Assembly (NCBI GenBank): GCA_035934535.1
Contig: DASYXS010000091.1
Coordinates: 20,580-84,579, forward strand
DNA length: 64,000 nucleotides
Reading direction: 5' to 3'
Origin: a bacterium
GTDB lineage: Bacteria > Sysuimicrobiota > Sysuimicrobiia > Sysuimicrobiales > Segetimicrobiaceae
Position numbers and translations under genes: made by a program. Shown one piece after another: positions 38,206 to 47,962 of the stretch (its first letter is position 1; the number at the start of each line of letters is the position of its first letter). The notes below the pieces were generated by a model. It made no database searches, was not told the DNA's origin, and saw nothing but the letters and a program-made list of their open reading frames with translations.

Positions 38206-39684
38206 TCAGATCCACAGCCCCGACGCCGCCAGCCTCGGCGGGCGCCGCGTGAGCAGCTCGCCGCACGAGACGGGCGTCGGAAACACCTTGAACGGATTCA
38301 TGCGGTCCTCCGGGTCGAACGCGGCCTTGAGCCGCCGCTGCGCGCCGAGATCGCCGTCGGTGAAGATCCAGGGCATGTAGTTGTTCTTTTCGAAGCCGAT
38401 GCCGTGCTCTCCGCTGAGGGTGCCGCCGGCGGCGACGCACGCGGCCAGCATCTCCTCGCTGGCCTGCATCACCCGGTCGGTCTCGCCGGGGACCGTCGCG
38501 TCGTACGGAATGAGCGGGTGCAGGTTGCCGTCGCCGGCGTGAAAGACGTTCGCGACGCGGATGTTGTGGCGCCGCGCGATTTCCCCGATCTGGTGCATGA
38601 TCGCGGGCAGCAGACTCCGCGGTACGACGGCGTCGTGGAGGTAGTAGTTCGGGGCGAGCCGGCCCATCGCGCCGAACGCGCCCTTGCGCGCCGCCCAGTA
38701 GAGGTGGCGCTCCTCGTCGGTGCGCGCCGTGCGGACCTCGCGGGCCCGGTTGGTCCGGCACAACTCCTCGACCGTCCGGGCGCACCGCTCGAGGCCTTCC
38801 CGCACGCCCTCCACTTCAATCAAGAGCACGGCGCCGGCGTCGAGCGGCAGGCCCGCGTGGACCGCGGGCTCGACGGCCTGCGCCGTCAACCGGTCGATCA
38901 TCTCAAGCGACGTCGGTCCGATGCCGGACGCGATGATGTCGGCGACGGCCTGGCTCGCCTCTTCGATCGTCTCGAAGATGCCGAGCATCGTGCGCACGGT
39001 CTCGCGGCGGCGCATGAGGCGAACGGTCACCGCCGTGACGATTCCGACGGTGCCTTCCGACCCCACGGCGAGACCGGTGAGGTCGAGCCCGGGCTCATCG
39101 GGGCCGCGCCCGCCGAGACGGACCACGGAGCCGTCGGCCATCACCATCTCGAGTCCCAGCACGTGGTTGGTCGTGACGCCGAACGCGAGGGTGTGCACGC
39201 CGCCGCTGTTGTTCGCGACGTTGCCGCCGATGCTGCAAGCCGACTGGCTGCTGGGATCGGGCGCGTAGAAGTAGCCGTCCGCTTCGACCGCGTGCGTGAC
39301 GTCGAGGTTGATGACGCCGGGCTGCACGGCCGCGATGCGGTTGTCGAGGTCGATCGAGAGGATCCGCCGCATCTTGGCCATCGCGACGACGACCCCGCCG
39401 ATCGGCGTAATCGCGCCGCCCGAAAGTCCGGTCCCCGACCCGCGTGCGATCAGCGGCACCCCAAAGCGCCCGGCCGTGCGCACGATCGCCGCGACGTCGT
39501 CCGTCGAGCCCGGGAACACGACGAGATCCGGCACCGCGGCGAGGACCGAGCCGTCGTACTCGTACGCCAGGAGGTCGACGGGCCGCGCGAAGACGTGCTC
39601 CCGCCCCAGCACGTCCTCGAGGGCGGCGGCGAGCGCGTCGCGATCGGCAATACGAATGCGGAGCTCGGCGAGACTCACGGCCAT
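38206..39684 (-). CDS. glcD: FAD-linked oxidase subunit, GlcD-like (glycolate/D-lactate oxidase family)
   Basis: PDLVVFPGSTDDVAAIVRTAGRFGVPLIARGSGTGLSGGA, HAGDGNLHP, SGEHGIGFEK. ATG at 39684 (MAVSLAELR..). Confidence 0.85.
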   Translation of the reverse strand: MAVSLAELRIRIADRDALAAALEDVLGREHVFARPVDLLAYEYDGSVLAAVPDLVVFPGSTDDVAAIVRTAGRFGVPLIARGSGTGLSGGAITPIGGVVVAMAKMRRILSIDLDNRIAAVQPGVINLDVTHAVEADGYFYAPDPSSQSACSIGGNVANNSGGVHTLAFGVTTNHVLGLEMVMADGSVVRLGGRGPDEPGLDLTGLAVGSEGTVGIVTAVTVRLMRRRETVRTMLGIFETIEEASQAVADIIASGIGPTSLEMIDRLTAQAVEPAVHAGLPLDAGAVLLIEVEGVREGLERCARTVEELCRTNRAREVRTARTDEERHLYWAARKGAFGAMGRLAPNYYLHDAVVPRSLLPAIMHQIGEIARRHNIRVANVFHAGDGNLHPLIPYDATVPGETDRVMQASEEMLAACVAAGGTLSGEHGIGFEKNNYMPWIFTDGDLGAQRRLKAAFDPEDRMNPFKVFPTPVSCGELLTRRPPRLAASGLWI

Positions 39685-39839
39685 TTCAGTATAACAGACG
39701 CGGGACGATGTACGCCCCGCGCGGACCGCGCCGGCCGCGCCGCGTCCGCCTACCGCTTCTCCGGCGCGATCGCCTCGGCGAGCACGGCCCTTCGCCCCGC
39801 GGCAGGGGCGGGCGCGGCGCGGCCGGAAAGGTGGCCCCG

Positions 39840-40403
39840 ATGCGCATCTACACCATCGGACACTCGACCCGGTCCTTCGACGGCCTCGTGGAGGCGCTCC
39901 GCAGCTTCGGCGTCCGCACGCTCGCCGACATCCGCACGGTGCCGCGCTCACGCCATGTGCCGCAGTTCAACGCGGAGAGCCTGCGCCGCGCGCTGCCCAA
40001 CCGGCGCATCCGCTACCGGCACATAAAAGCCCTCGGCGGCCTGCGGAAGCCGCGCGCGGGCTCGACCAACACGGCGTGGCGGAACACCGGGTTCCGCGGG
40101 TTCGCCGATTACATGGAAACACCGGAGTTTGCGGAGGCCCTCGCCGAACTGCGCGCGCTCGCCAGGGACGCCGGACCGGTCGCGATCATGTGCGCCGAGG
40201 CGGTGCCGTGGCGCTGCCACCGCTCACTCGTGGCCGACGCCTTGATCGCCCGCGGCGACGAAGTGGTGGACATCATGAACCCGGGTAAGGGCAGCCCGCA
40301 CAAACTCACGCGGTGGGCCCGCGTCGAGGACAAACGCGTCACCTATCCGGGAGCGCCGCCGCCTGCACCCGCGTGCGCTTCGCCCCGCGCGGCAGATCCG
40401 TGA
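39840..40403 (+). CDS. DUF488 family protein
   Basis: MRIYTIGHSTRSFDGLVEALRSFGVRTLADIRTVPRSRH.. and ..AIMCAEAVPWRCHRSLVADAL, typical of DUF488. Confidence 0.8.
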   Translation: MRIYTIGHSTRSFDGLVEALRSFGVRTLADIRTVPRSRHVPQFNAESLRRALPNRRIRYRHIKALGGLRKPRAGSTNTAWRNTGFRGFADYMETPEFAEALAELRALARDAGPVAIMCAEAVPWRCHRSLVADALIARGDEVVDIMNPGKGSPHKLTRWARVEDKRVTYPGAPPPAPACASPRAADP

Positions 40404-40427
40404 CCTCATTCCCGAGGCGCGCGGCGT

Positions 40428-40961
40428 TTAGTCCTCGGCTGACGGAGATCGCTTCTCGAAATCACTCCGAGTGATTCGCATCAGGCGCACTTCCACACCT
40501 GTGTCGGGATCGATCGCCGCGGCCACGTAACGGAAGCCTGCTTTCTCGAATACGCGGATGGCAATACGGTTGCGCGGCGAGGGGTCGATGAAACACTCGT
40601 CGGTCGATTCGTCCCGAAAGGCGATTTCTTTGAGGAACTGCCGGAGGATCCTCGGTCCGAGTCCGCCGTGGAGACACCGAACGTCACCGATGAAGAGATC
40701 GAGGCCCGCGCCGCCGTGCACATCCGCCAGGCCCCAGGCGCCGGACTGAACAGGATAGAGCTGAATGTAGCCGATCGGCATCTCGTCCCGGCAGATGATA
40801 TACGGGACAACGTCGGATGGCCCGGTCACCCGCGGGAGATACTTTTCGCGCACCTCATCGAGCGTCGGTCCCGGCCGGTCCCACCACTCCAGCACGTGCG
40901 GTGCATTCAGCCATCGATGCAGCAAGTCCAAGTCGGACTCGGTGAGCCGGCGAAACGTCAA
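40428..40961 (-). CDS. GNAT family N-acetyltransferase (AAC(6')-Ib / Acetyltransf_8-like)
   Basis: FRRLTESDLDLLHRWLNAPHVLEWW.., GLGPRILRQFL.., NRIAIRVFEKAGFRY. TTG start at 40961 is assumed; the upstream gene ends at 40973. Confidence 0.72.
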   Translation of the reverse strand: MTFRRLTESDLDLLHRWLNAPHVLEWWDRPGPTLDEVREKYLPRVTGPSDVVPYIICRDEMPIGYIQLYPVQSGAWGLADVHGGAGLDLFIGDVRCLHGGLGPRILRQFLKEIAFRDESTDECFIDPSPRNRIAIRVFEKAGFRYVAAAIDPDTGVEVRLMRITRSDFEKRSPSAED

Positions 40962-40972
40962 ATCGCGTTCGC

Positions 40973-41761
40973 CTACGCTGCCGGGGAGCGGAGAAGATAC
41001 ACCGCCCACGCGATCAGCAGCGCGCCGGTCGCGCGGCTCGGCCAAGGGCCGCGCCGCACCGCCTTCTCGAGGAGCACGAAAATCGCGAGGAGCGCCACCC
41101 ACAGCAGGTTCATGACGCCGACGACAAAGAGCAGTGCCATCAGGGCCCAGCAACAGCCGATGCAATAGCCGCCGAAGCGAACACCCATCTGTGCGGCGCC
41201 CCAGGCGCCGTCCCGCCACTGCGTGAACAGAAAGCCGAGTGGCGACTGGCACCGGCTGAGGCACGCGTGCTTGAGCGGCGTGAATTGGTAGACGCCCGCG
41301 ACCGCGAGTAAGGCGGCGGCCAAAGGGAGGCGCGTCACCGCAAGCTGGGGCGACAGCACGAACGACGCCTGCATTGCCCACTGGAACCCGGCGGCCAGCC
41401 AGCTCCAGACGAGCCAGATGGCCAGGAAGCCCGCGACAAAAAGTGCAGCGGGGCCGCCTAGCCCGTGCGCCGCGGCGCGTGACCGCTGCACCCCGGAGAA
41501 GAACAGCAGCATCGGTGTCGCGGACGGCAGCATCATCGCGATCATCATGACGCTCCACATCGCACCGGCGGCGAGCAGATCAGGGAAGTTCCAGGGCATC
41601 GGCCGCGGCATGGCCATGGCCATGCTCATGCCGGCGCCTGTGCCGTGCGTCATCGCGCCGGCTCGCCGCCACAGGTCAAACCACGCCAGCGCCGTGAGAC
41701 CGCCGGTGCCGGCGAGCGAGACCAGGTAGATATCGCGGGCTAGGGCGGTTATCCGACCCAC
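40973..41761 (-). CDS. DUF2182 family predicted metal-binding integral membrane protein
   Basis: Met-rich segment GAGMSMAMAMPRPMPW and AGAMWSVMMIAMMLPSATPMLLFF. About 6 TM segments. Follows DUF1326 with a 13-nt overlap, the usual pairing for these families. Confidence 0.7.
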   Translation of the reverse strand: MGRITALARDIYLVSLAGTGGLTALAWFDLWRRAGAMTHGTGAGMSMAMAMPRPMPWNFPDLLAAGAMWSVMMIAMMLPSATPMLLFFSGVQRSRAAAHGLGGPAALFVAGFLAIWLVWSWLAAGFQWAMQASFVLSPQLAVTRLPLAAALLAVAGVYQFTPLKHACLSRCQSPLGFLFTQWRDGAWGAAQMGVRFGGYCIGCCWALMALLFVVGVMNLLWVALLAIFVLLEKAVRRGPWPSRATGALLIAWAVYLLRSPAA

Positions 41762-42357
41762 GAGAACGGCGCCGAGTGGCCGTTCTTGCCGGCGTTCATA
41801 AATTCGAGGCCAAAGGCTTTCACGCGGGACTTCGTGGCTCGGGCCACCGTCAGAGTCGAGTTGGCGGGATGGAAGATGCCGGTGATCTTCGACGCTTCAC
41901 CGGTCTTGCTCTGCGGCGGCACGAGATCTTCGATTTCAATGTCCACGGCCGTGCCGATCTTCACGGAATGCCGGTGACCGTCATTCTTGTATTGGATCGG
42001 TGCCGTTTCCACCCCCAGCATTTCGCCGATCAGCGGCGCCAGTCCGGCCATCGGGCCGCCCATCTGTCCCGAAAACACCGCGCCGAGCTTCTCGGCCTGC
42101 GGTTTGGAGGCGGCGGCATCCATAAACACGCCGACCCGCCAGTTCCCGTCGTGCATCATCGCGGGCGTGTCGGCGAGGACCGCAACGCTGAGGTTGCCGA
42201 CATCGACGCCGTCTATCTTGCCGGAGTCGACATGAAACGCGAGCAGGACACGGCAGCGATCCTTGTCGGCCGGCAGGGTGAGGCTCGAGGCGCTGCACGG
42301 GCAGACGACGTCGCAATTGCAGTTCTCGAAATAGGTCCCCTTCAGTTGCCACGCCAT
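41749..42357 (-). CDS. DUF1326 family protein
   Basis: MAWQLKGTYFENCNCDVVCPCSAS.. cysteine motif characteristic of DUF1326. Confidence 0.75.
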   Translation of the reverse strand: MAWQLKGTYFENCNCDVVCPCSASSLTLPADKDRCRVLLAFHVDSGKIDGVDVGNLSVAVLADTPAMMHDGNWRVGVFMDAAASKPQAEKLGAVFSGQMGGPMAGLAPLIGEMLGVETAPIQYKNDGHRHSVKIGTAVDIEIEDLVPPQSKTGEASKITGIFHPANSTLTVARATKSRVKAFGLEFMNAGKNGHSAPFSWVG

Positions 42358-42461
42358 TGTCGGTCACCCCTCTCGTCTGGACCTGGCCTGCCGGCAACGA
42401 CACCGTGTCTCGTACGCGGGGCGCGACCGCCGTTCCTGGGTCTTCGGCGATCGACCGCCAT

Positions 42462-43364
42462 CTAGGCACCCCGCAGCCGCGGGTCGAGCGCGTCGCGCAG
42501 CCAGTCGCCGACGAGATTGAAGCTCAGCACGACGACAAAGACGGCAAGACCGGGTAGGGTCGCGACGTGCGGTGCCACGGAAAGAAACTGCTGGCCGTTC
42601 GCGAGCATCGTGCCCCAGTCGGCGGTCGGCGGCTGCGTGCCGAGGCCGAGGAAGCTGAGTCCCGACGTGGCCACGATCTTGGCGCCGATGTCGAGCGTGC
42701 CGGTGACGATGATCGGGGCGAGCACGTTCGGTAGGATGTGCTGTCCGACGATGCGCCGGTTGCGGGCGCCCATCGCGCGTGCGGCCTGGACGTAGTCGTG
42801 CTCGCGGATCGCCAGCACCGCGCCCCGGATCAGCCGGATGTAGATCGGCATGCCGACGATCGTGATCGCGAGCATCGCGTGGAAGAGCCCGGGTCCGAGG
42901 GCGGCGACGAGCGCGATCGCAAGCAGAATGTACGGGAACGCCTGGAGGATCTCCGCCCCCCGCATGATCCAGTGGTCGAGCCGGCCGCCGTAGAATCCCG
43001 CGGCGAGTCCGAGGGTGGTTCCGGCGACGAGCGCGCCCGCCATCGACCCGACGCCGGCCAGCAGTGAGACGCGGCCGCCCCAGATGAGCCGGCTCAGGAG
43101 GTCGCGCCCGAACTCATCGGTCCCCAGCGGATGGTCGGAAGTGCGTCCCCACTGCAGCCGCTCGGACGTCGCGATGGTGTTGGGATTCGCAATCGGCAGG
43201 AACGGCGCGGCGACCGCTAGCGCGGCCAGCAGCAGCACGACGGAGAGGGCGGCGAGAACCGCGACGTTGCCGCGGAGCCCGCGCAGGAGCCGGCGGCCCG
43301 CACCGTCCGGTCTCGGACGGACGCCCGCGGCGGTGGGCGCCCGGGTGATCGCGGCTTCATGCAC
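42462..43364 (-). CDS. ABC peptide/nickel-type transporter permease (DppC/OppC-like)
   Basis: BPD_transp_1 core (..LAGVGSMAGALVAGTTLGLAAGFYGG.., EHDYVQAARAMGARNRRIVGQHILPNV). Confidence 0.88.
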   Translation of the reverse strand: MHEAAITRAPTAAGVRPRPDGAGRRLLRGLRGNVAVLAALSVVLLLAALAVAAPFLPIANPNTIATSERLQWGRTSDHPLGTDEFGRDLLSRLIWGGRVSLLAGVGSMAGALVAGTTLGLAAGFYGGRLDHWIMRGAEILQAFPYILLAIALVAALGPGLFHAMLAITIVGMPIYIRLIRGAVLAIREHDYVQAARAMGARNRRIVGQHILPNVLAPIIVTGTLDIGAKIVATSGLSFLGLGTQPPTADWGTMLANGQQFLSVAPHVATLPGLAVFVVVLSFNLVGDWLRDALDPRLRGA

Positions 43365-43373
43365 GCCCGAATC

Positions 43374-44330
43374 TCACGATTCGTAGCGGATGCGCGGGTC
43401 GAGCAGCGTGTACGACAGGTCCGTGGCAAGGTTCACGAGCACGAAGAGCCCCGCAACCAGCAGCACGCCGCCCTGCACGGTCGGAAAGTCGCGCGACAGG
43501 ATCGCGGTGACGAGCATCGTGCCGATCCCGGGCCATGAGAAGACGGTCTCGGTCAGGATCGCGCCGCTCAGCAAGAACCCCATCTGCACGCCGATGATCG
43601 TAATGACGGGAATCAGGGCGTTCTTCAGGCCGTGCCGGCGGAGTACCTGGCCGTCGCGCAAGCCCTTGGCCCGCGCCGTACGCATGTAGTCCTGATGGAC
43701 CACCTCGAGAACGCTCGAGCGCGTGATTCTCGCGACGATGCCGCTCGAGGCCGCGCCGAGCGTGACCGCCGGCAGGATAAGGTGGGCGAGCGTGTCGAGC
43801 GGGCCGCCGCCGAACGGCGAGTGCATCCCGCCCGCCGGGAGCAGCCGCAGCCAGACCGAGAACACATAGATCAGCACGATGCCGAGCCAGAACACCGGCA
43901 CGCTCACGCCGACGAGCGCGAGCAGCATGCTCAGACGGTCGGCCGCCGAGTTGCGCCGCCACCCGGCGAGTACGCCGGCCGCGATGCCGACGACGCTGGA
44001 GACCAGCAGCGCCGCGCCGGTGAGGAGTGCCGTCGCCTTCAGCTTCAAGAACGCCTCCGCGAGCACCGGCCGGTGCATCGTGATGGAGCGGCCGAAATCC
44101 CCATGGAGCACGCGGCCCAGCCACAATGCGTACTGGACGTAGAGCGGGGCGGTGAGGCCCAGTTCCCGGCGCAGCCGTGACAGGTCGTCCACGGTCGCCA
44201 CGGGGCCCAAGAGCAGCATCGCCGGATCGCCCGGCGTCAGCCGGAGGACCAGGAACACGACGATCGAAATCCCCAGCAACACCCAGACGAGCGCGACTAA
44301 CCGCTGTGCCAGGAACGCGCCGCCCCGCAT
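43374..44330 (-). CDS. ABC peptide/nickel-type transporter permease (DppB/OppB-like)
   Basis: FLAQRLVALVWVLLGISIVVFLVLRLTPGDP.., DYMRTARAKGLRDGQVLRRHGLKNALIPVIT. Confidence 0.88.
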   Translation of the reverse strand: MRGGAFLAQRLVALVWVLLGISIVVFLVLRLTPGDPAMLLLGPVATVDDLSRLRRELGLTAPLYVQYALWLGRVLHGDFGRSITMHRPVLAEAFLKLKATALLTGAALLVSSVVGIAAGVLAGWRRNSAADRLSMLLALVGVSVPVFWLGIVLIYVFSVWLRLLPAGGMHSPFGGGPLDTLAHLILPAVTLGAASSGIVARITRSSVLEVVHQDYMRTARAKGLRDGQVLRRHGLKNALIPVITIIGVQMGFLLSGAILTETVFSWPGIGTMLVTAILSRDFPTVQGGVLLVAGLFVLVNLATDLSYTLLDPRIRYES

Positions 44331-44367
44331 CTCCCCTCGGTCCCGGTTGCCCCCGGCCGTCCCGCTG

Positions 44368-45939
44368 CTACTGCCGGTAGGCGGTGTTCACATGGATATC
44401 CTGGTCCGCGCCCAGATAGAAGCCCTTGACGCTCGACTTCGTCACCATCACCCAGAGCTGGTGGTCCACAAAAATCCACGGCGCGTCGTCGGTCAGAAGC
44501 TTCTCGGCCTGGAAGTAGATCTTCTTGCGCAGCGCCTGGTCGGTGTACTTCCGTCCGGCGTCGAGCAGGGCGTCGAACTGGTCGTTCTTGTACAGCGCGC
44601 GGTTCGGGCCGTTCGGCGTCCACTGACTGCTGTGGAACAACGGATACAGGACAAAATCCGGATCGGGCTGGCCCGCCGCCCAGGACAGCGCGAACAGGTC
44701 TTGTTCGCGGGTCGTGAGGCGCTTGAGGTACGAGCCCCACTCCATCGTCTGAATGTTGGCCGTCACGCCGATGGCCTTGAGGTTGGCCTGGATGACTGTG
44801 GCCATCGCCACCGGTGCCTCCATGCCGGATCCGGACTCGGGGACCCAGAAGTTTACCGTGAACCCGTTGGAAAAACCGGCCTCGGCCAGCAGCTGCTTGG
44901 CCTTCGCCGGGTTGTACGGATAGCGGGTCACGTCGGGGTTATAGCCCCAGGTTCCGGGGTTGATCGGGCTGATCGCCGGGATCGCCGTCCCCTTCAGCAC
45001 GTCGCGCGTGATCGCCGTCTTGTCGACCGCGTAGTTGAGCGCCTGCCGGACGCGCTTGTCGCGCAGCGGGCCGTGCGTCGTGTTCATCCCCACATACCAC
45101 ACGTGGATGGCGGGGTGCTTCACCACGGTGAATTGAGGGTTCTTGTCGAGGGCGGCGATGCTGTCGGGCGGCAGGTCGGTGATCAAGTCGAGCGTGCCGT
45201 TTTGGAGCTGCGCGAGCAGCGCCTGGGTGTCGGACGCCCAGCGAAACGCGATCTTCTGGAGGCGCGGCGCCTTCCCCCAATAGTTCGGATTGCGCTCCAT
45301 CAGGATCTGATTGCCGCGGTCCCACCCGGCGAACTTGAAGGGCCCGGTCCCCACCGGCTGCGTGGCGAAGTCCTTGCCCAGTTTGTTGTACGCTGTCGGG
45401 CTGACGATGCCCGCCGCCGCGCCCTGCATGATGCCGAGGAAAGACGCGCGCGGTTCCTTGAGGACGAATTTCACCGTATGATCGTCGACCACCACGATGT
45501 CCTTCACGGTGCCGAAGTTGTAATTCGCGTATGGGAACCATCCGAGCTTGTGCGCGGCCGACTCGCCGTTGATCTGCCGGTCGATGGAGAACCGGACCGC
45601 CTCCGCGTTCATCGGCGTCCCGTCAGAGAACTTTACGTTCGGCCTCAGCTTGAAGGTGTACTCGAGGCCGTCTGGAGACACCGACCACGACGTCGCCAGA
45701 TTCGGCCCGAGCGTCGTGGACCCCGGGGCGAAGTCGATCAGCGTTTCGACGACCCGCCGCCCGGCGCGCGTCGAGTTGAAGTCGGTGACCTGCGCAGGAT
45801 CGAGGTTGACGGGCTCCGCGACGAGCCCCACGACGAGCGTTTGGTCCGCGGCGAGGCCGGGATGGGAGAACGCGATCGGCCCGAACAGGAGCGTGACGGC
45901 GGCCAACAACGCAAGGACACGACGGACGCCTACGGTCAT
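44368..45939 (-). CDS. ABC transporter substrate-binding protein, family 5
   Basis: GGGAGGAG upstream of ATG 45939. Signal peptide MTVGVRRVLALLAAVTLLFGP... SBP_bac_5-type body (LVVGLVAEPVNLDPA.., FKLRPNVKFSDGTPMNAEAV). Confidence 0.85.
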   Translation of the reverse strand: MTVGVRRVLALLAAVTLLFGPIAFSHPGLAADQTLVVGLVAEPVNLDPAQVTDFNSTRAGRRVVETLIDFAPGSTTLGPNLATSWSVSPDGLEYTFKLRPNVKFSDGTPMNAEAVRFSIDRQINGESAAHKLGWFPYANYNFGTVKDIVVVDDHTVKFVLKEPRASFLGIMQGAAAGIVSPTAYNKLGKDFATQPVGTGPFKFAGWDRGNQILMERNPNYWGKAPRLQKIAFRWASDTQALLAQLQNGTLDLITDLPPDSIAALDKNPQFTVVKHPAIHVWYVGMNTTHGPLRDKRVRQALNYAVDKTAITRDVLKGTAIPAISPINPGTWGYNPDVTRYPYNPAKAKQLLAEAGFSNGFTVNFWVPESGSGMEAPVAMATVIQANLKAIGVTANIQTMEWGSYLKRLTTREQDLFALSWAAGQPDPDFVLYPLFHSSQWTPNGPNRALYKNDQFDALLDAGRKYTDQALRKKIYFQAEKLLTDDAPWIFVDHQLWVMVTKSSVKGFYLGADQDIHVNTAYRQ

Positions 45940-46143
45940 GGGCTCCTCCCCTGCGCGGCCCGTCGAGGCGGCGGCCGCGGCGGTGTTGTACGTACTTGTG
46001 CCGGCCGATTCATGGGCCTGCGGGCATCTTTGGCTCACGCCGTAGGCCCAGAGCCGGGATGCGCCGGCCGGCAAGAAATTAAAGCGGGGATTCCGTGGGG
46101 GGGAAGGTTTTCCTCCCGTTCCGAGAGACCGCGCGGTGCGGCG

Positions 46144-47043
46144 CTAGACAAAGTCTGCGGCGCCCGGGCCGCGCACGACGGTCCCGGCGCGCATGACGAA
46201 GGCGGGCCGGCGCAGGAGGTCGAGGTCTTCCAGCGGGTCGCTCGGACAGGCCCTCGCGGAGCGCGCCCGTCTCGTGTTCGAGGCCCAACGCCGCCGCGGC
46301 GTCGGAGGTCGCCGCCGCGAACGCGTCCACGTTGGACAGGCCCGTCTCCGCAAGCAGGACCATCTCCGTGACGAGCCCGTCGAAGGGCGTGAACCGCCAG
46401 CCCGCGTCGGTGCCGGCGATCAGGCGCACCCCGGCCTTGCGGAGGCGCGCGATGTTGTCGACGGTGCCGTCGAACATCCTGCGCGAGCGGTCGAGCGCCG
46501 CCTGGTCTTCCGGGCTGCGCGGGTCCCGGGCGGTCAAACGGTCGATCGCGTAGCGGCCGACGGACAGGGTCGCCGCGACCGGGGTCCCCGCCCGCGCGAG
46601 CGCGTCCGCGATGCGGGGGTCGTGCTCCCGGCGGCCCGCGGCGTCGACGACGAAGTTCGCGTGCTCGATCTGATCGGCGCCCGCGGCCAGCGCGCGCTCG
46701 ATCGCGGTTCCGCAGAGGCAGTGGATGCCGGCGCGGCGGCCGAGCGCGTGCGCCTCGTCGACGGCGGCGCGAACCTCGGCCTCCGAGTACGACGGCCGCC
46801 ACGACATGGTCCCGATCGTCCCGCCGCCCGAGCCCAATCGCCACGAGCGTCCCGCCGGGCTCCCGGACCGTCTCCTCGAACGGCGTGCCGTCGCCCGGCA
46901 GCATGAGATGCACGTGCGTGTCGATGAGGCTGGGCAGCAGCGTGCACGAGCGCCGCCCGTTCGACCGGGGCGGCGCCGGTGCCGTCGAGGAGCCGCGCCG
47001 CGCGCAGGACGTGCCGATCGCCCGCCGAGCCTGTGGGTGCCAT
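46144..47043 (-). pseudogene. Decayed amidohydrolase gene (paralog of 52508..53764) with internal deletions and frameshifts
   Basis: Pieces homologous to the intact paralog lie in four successive reading frames. MAPTGSAGDRHVLRAARLLDGTGAAP (from ATG 47043); TLLPSLIDTHVHLMLPGDGTPFEETVRE; SGGGTIGTMSWRPSYSEAEVRAAVDEAHALGRRAGIHC..AGTDAGWRFTPFDGLV..GALREGL; SDPLEDLDLLRRPAFVMRAGTVVRGP* (stop 46144). About 30 and about 90 aa of the paralog are missing between pieces. Confidence 0.7.
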
Positions 47044-47051
47044 GGCCCCGG

Positions 47052-47813
47052 CTACCGCGCCAGGTCGCCGGCTTCGATCATCGAGGCGAGGCGTTCGATC
47101 CGCTCGGCGAACATCTTCTCGCCCAGCGCCGCGGTGGAGCCGCGCGCGTCGCCCAGGATGCCGGTGGGGCTCATCTCGTTCATCGGCGGCGGAACCTTCG
47201 AACGCCACCGGATCGACGCGTCGCCGGTGAAGCCTTCGCACGCCTTTTCCATGTGGACGAGGTCGGACCGGTGGGCGAGCATCATGGAGGTCTCGCCCTG
47301 CGCCGCGTGGACGCCGAGCTTGGCCATGTCGAGGCCCTCGCGGGCCGCGAAGGCGCGCGTGTGCTGCAGCCACTCGTCGAAGTCGGTCACCGCAGAAATC
47401 CGCAGAGCCGCGTGTTCCTTGCGAAGGCGCGGCAGCGCGTTCCGCAGCGCGCGATAGTTGCCCCCATGGCTGCACAGCAGAATGATCTCGCGGAAGCCGT
47501 GGCGGGCCAGCGACCGGCAGACGTCCTCGATCGTCGTCTCGAGCGTGGATTCCTCGATGCTGACCGTGCCGGCCATCGGCAGATGCCCCGCGGAGTAGCC
47601 GAGCGTGATGACCGGAGCCACGAGCGCATCCCCGAGGCGGCGGGCGAGCCGCAGGCCCGTCGCATACCCGAGGTACGTGTCCGTCCCGATCGGGAGGTGC
47701 GGGCCGTGCTGTTCCATCGCGGCGAGCATGACGATGACGCGGCGCTTCCCGGCGGCGATCGCGTCGCGCACCTCGGGCCACGTCATCTCTTCGATCAGCA
47801 GGGTGTCTCGCAT
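47052..47813 (-). CDS. Creatininase-family amidohydrolase
   Basis: MRDTLLIEEMTWPEVRDAI.., AAMEQHGPHLPIGTDT, LLCSHGGN. ATG at 47813. Confidence 0.8.
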   Translation of the reverse strand: MRDTLLIEEMTWPEVRDAIAAGKRRVIVMLAAMEQHGPHLPIGTDTYLGYATGLRLARRLGDALVAPVITLGYSAGHLPMAGTVSIEESTLETTIEDVCRSLARHGFREIILLCSHGGNYRALRNALPRLRKEHAALRISAVTDFDEWLQHTRAFAAREGLDMAKLGVHAAQGETSMMLAHRSDLVHMEKACEGFTGDASIRWRSKVPPPMNEMSPTGILGDARGSTAALGEKMFAERIERLASMIEAGDLAR

Positions 47814-47962
47814 CGGCACGCTCCTTTGAAGGTGCATCAGCGGCGGAGGCATCGCCGCGGTGCTCCCGAAATTTGGTTTCGCGGCGGCCGCATGGCTCTC
47901 CCGCGCCTCGGCCTCCCCGGCGCCAGCGGCACGCCGACGCCGTCCGGACGAGGAGGAACGCC

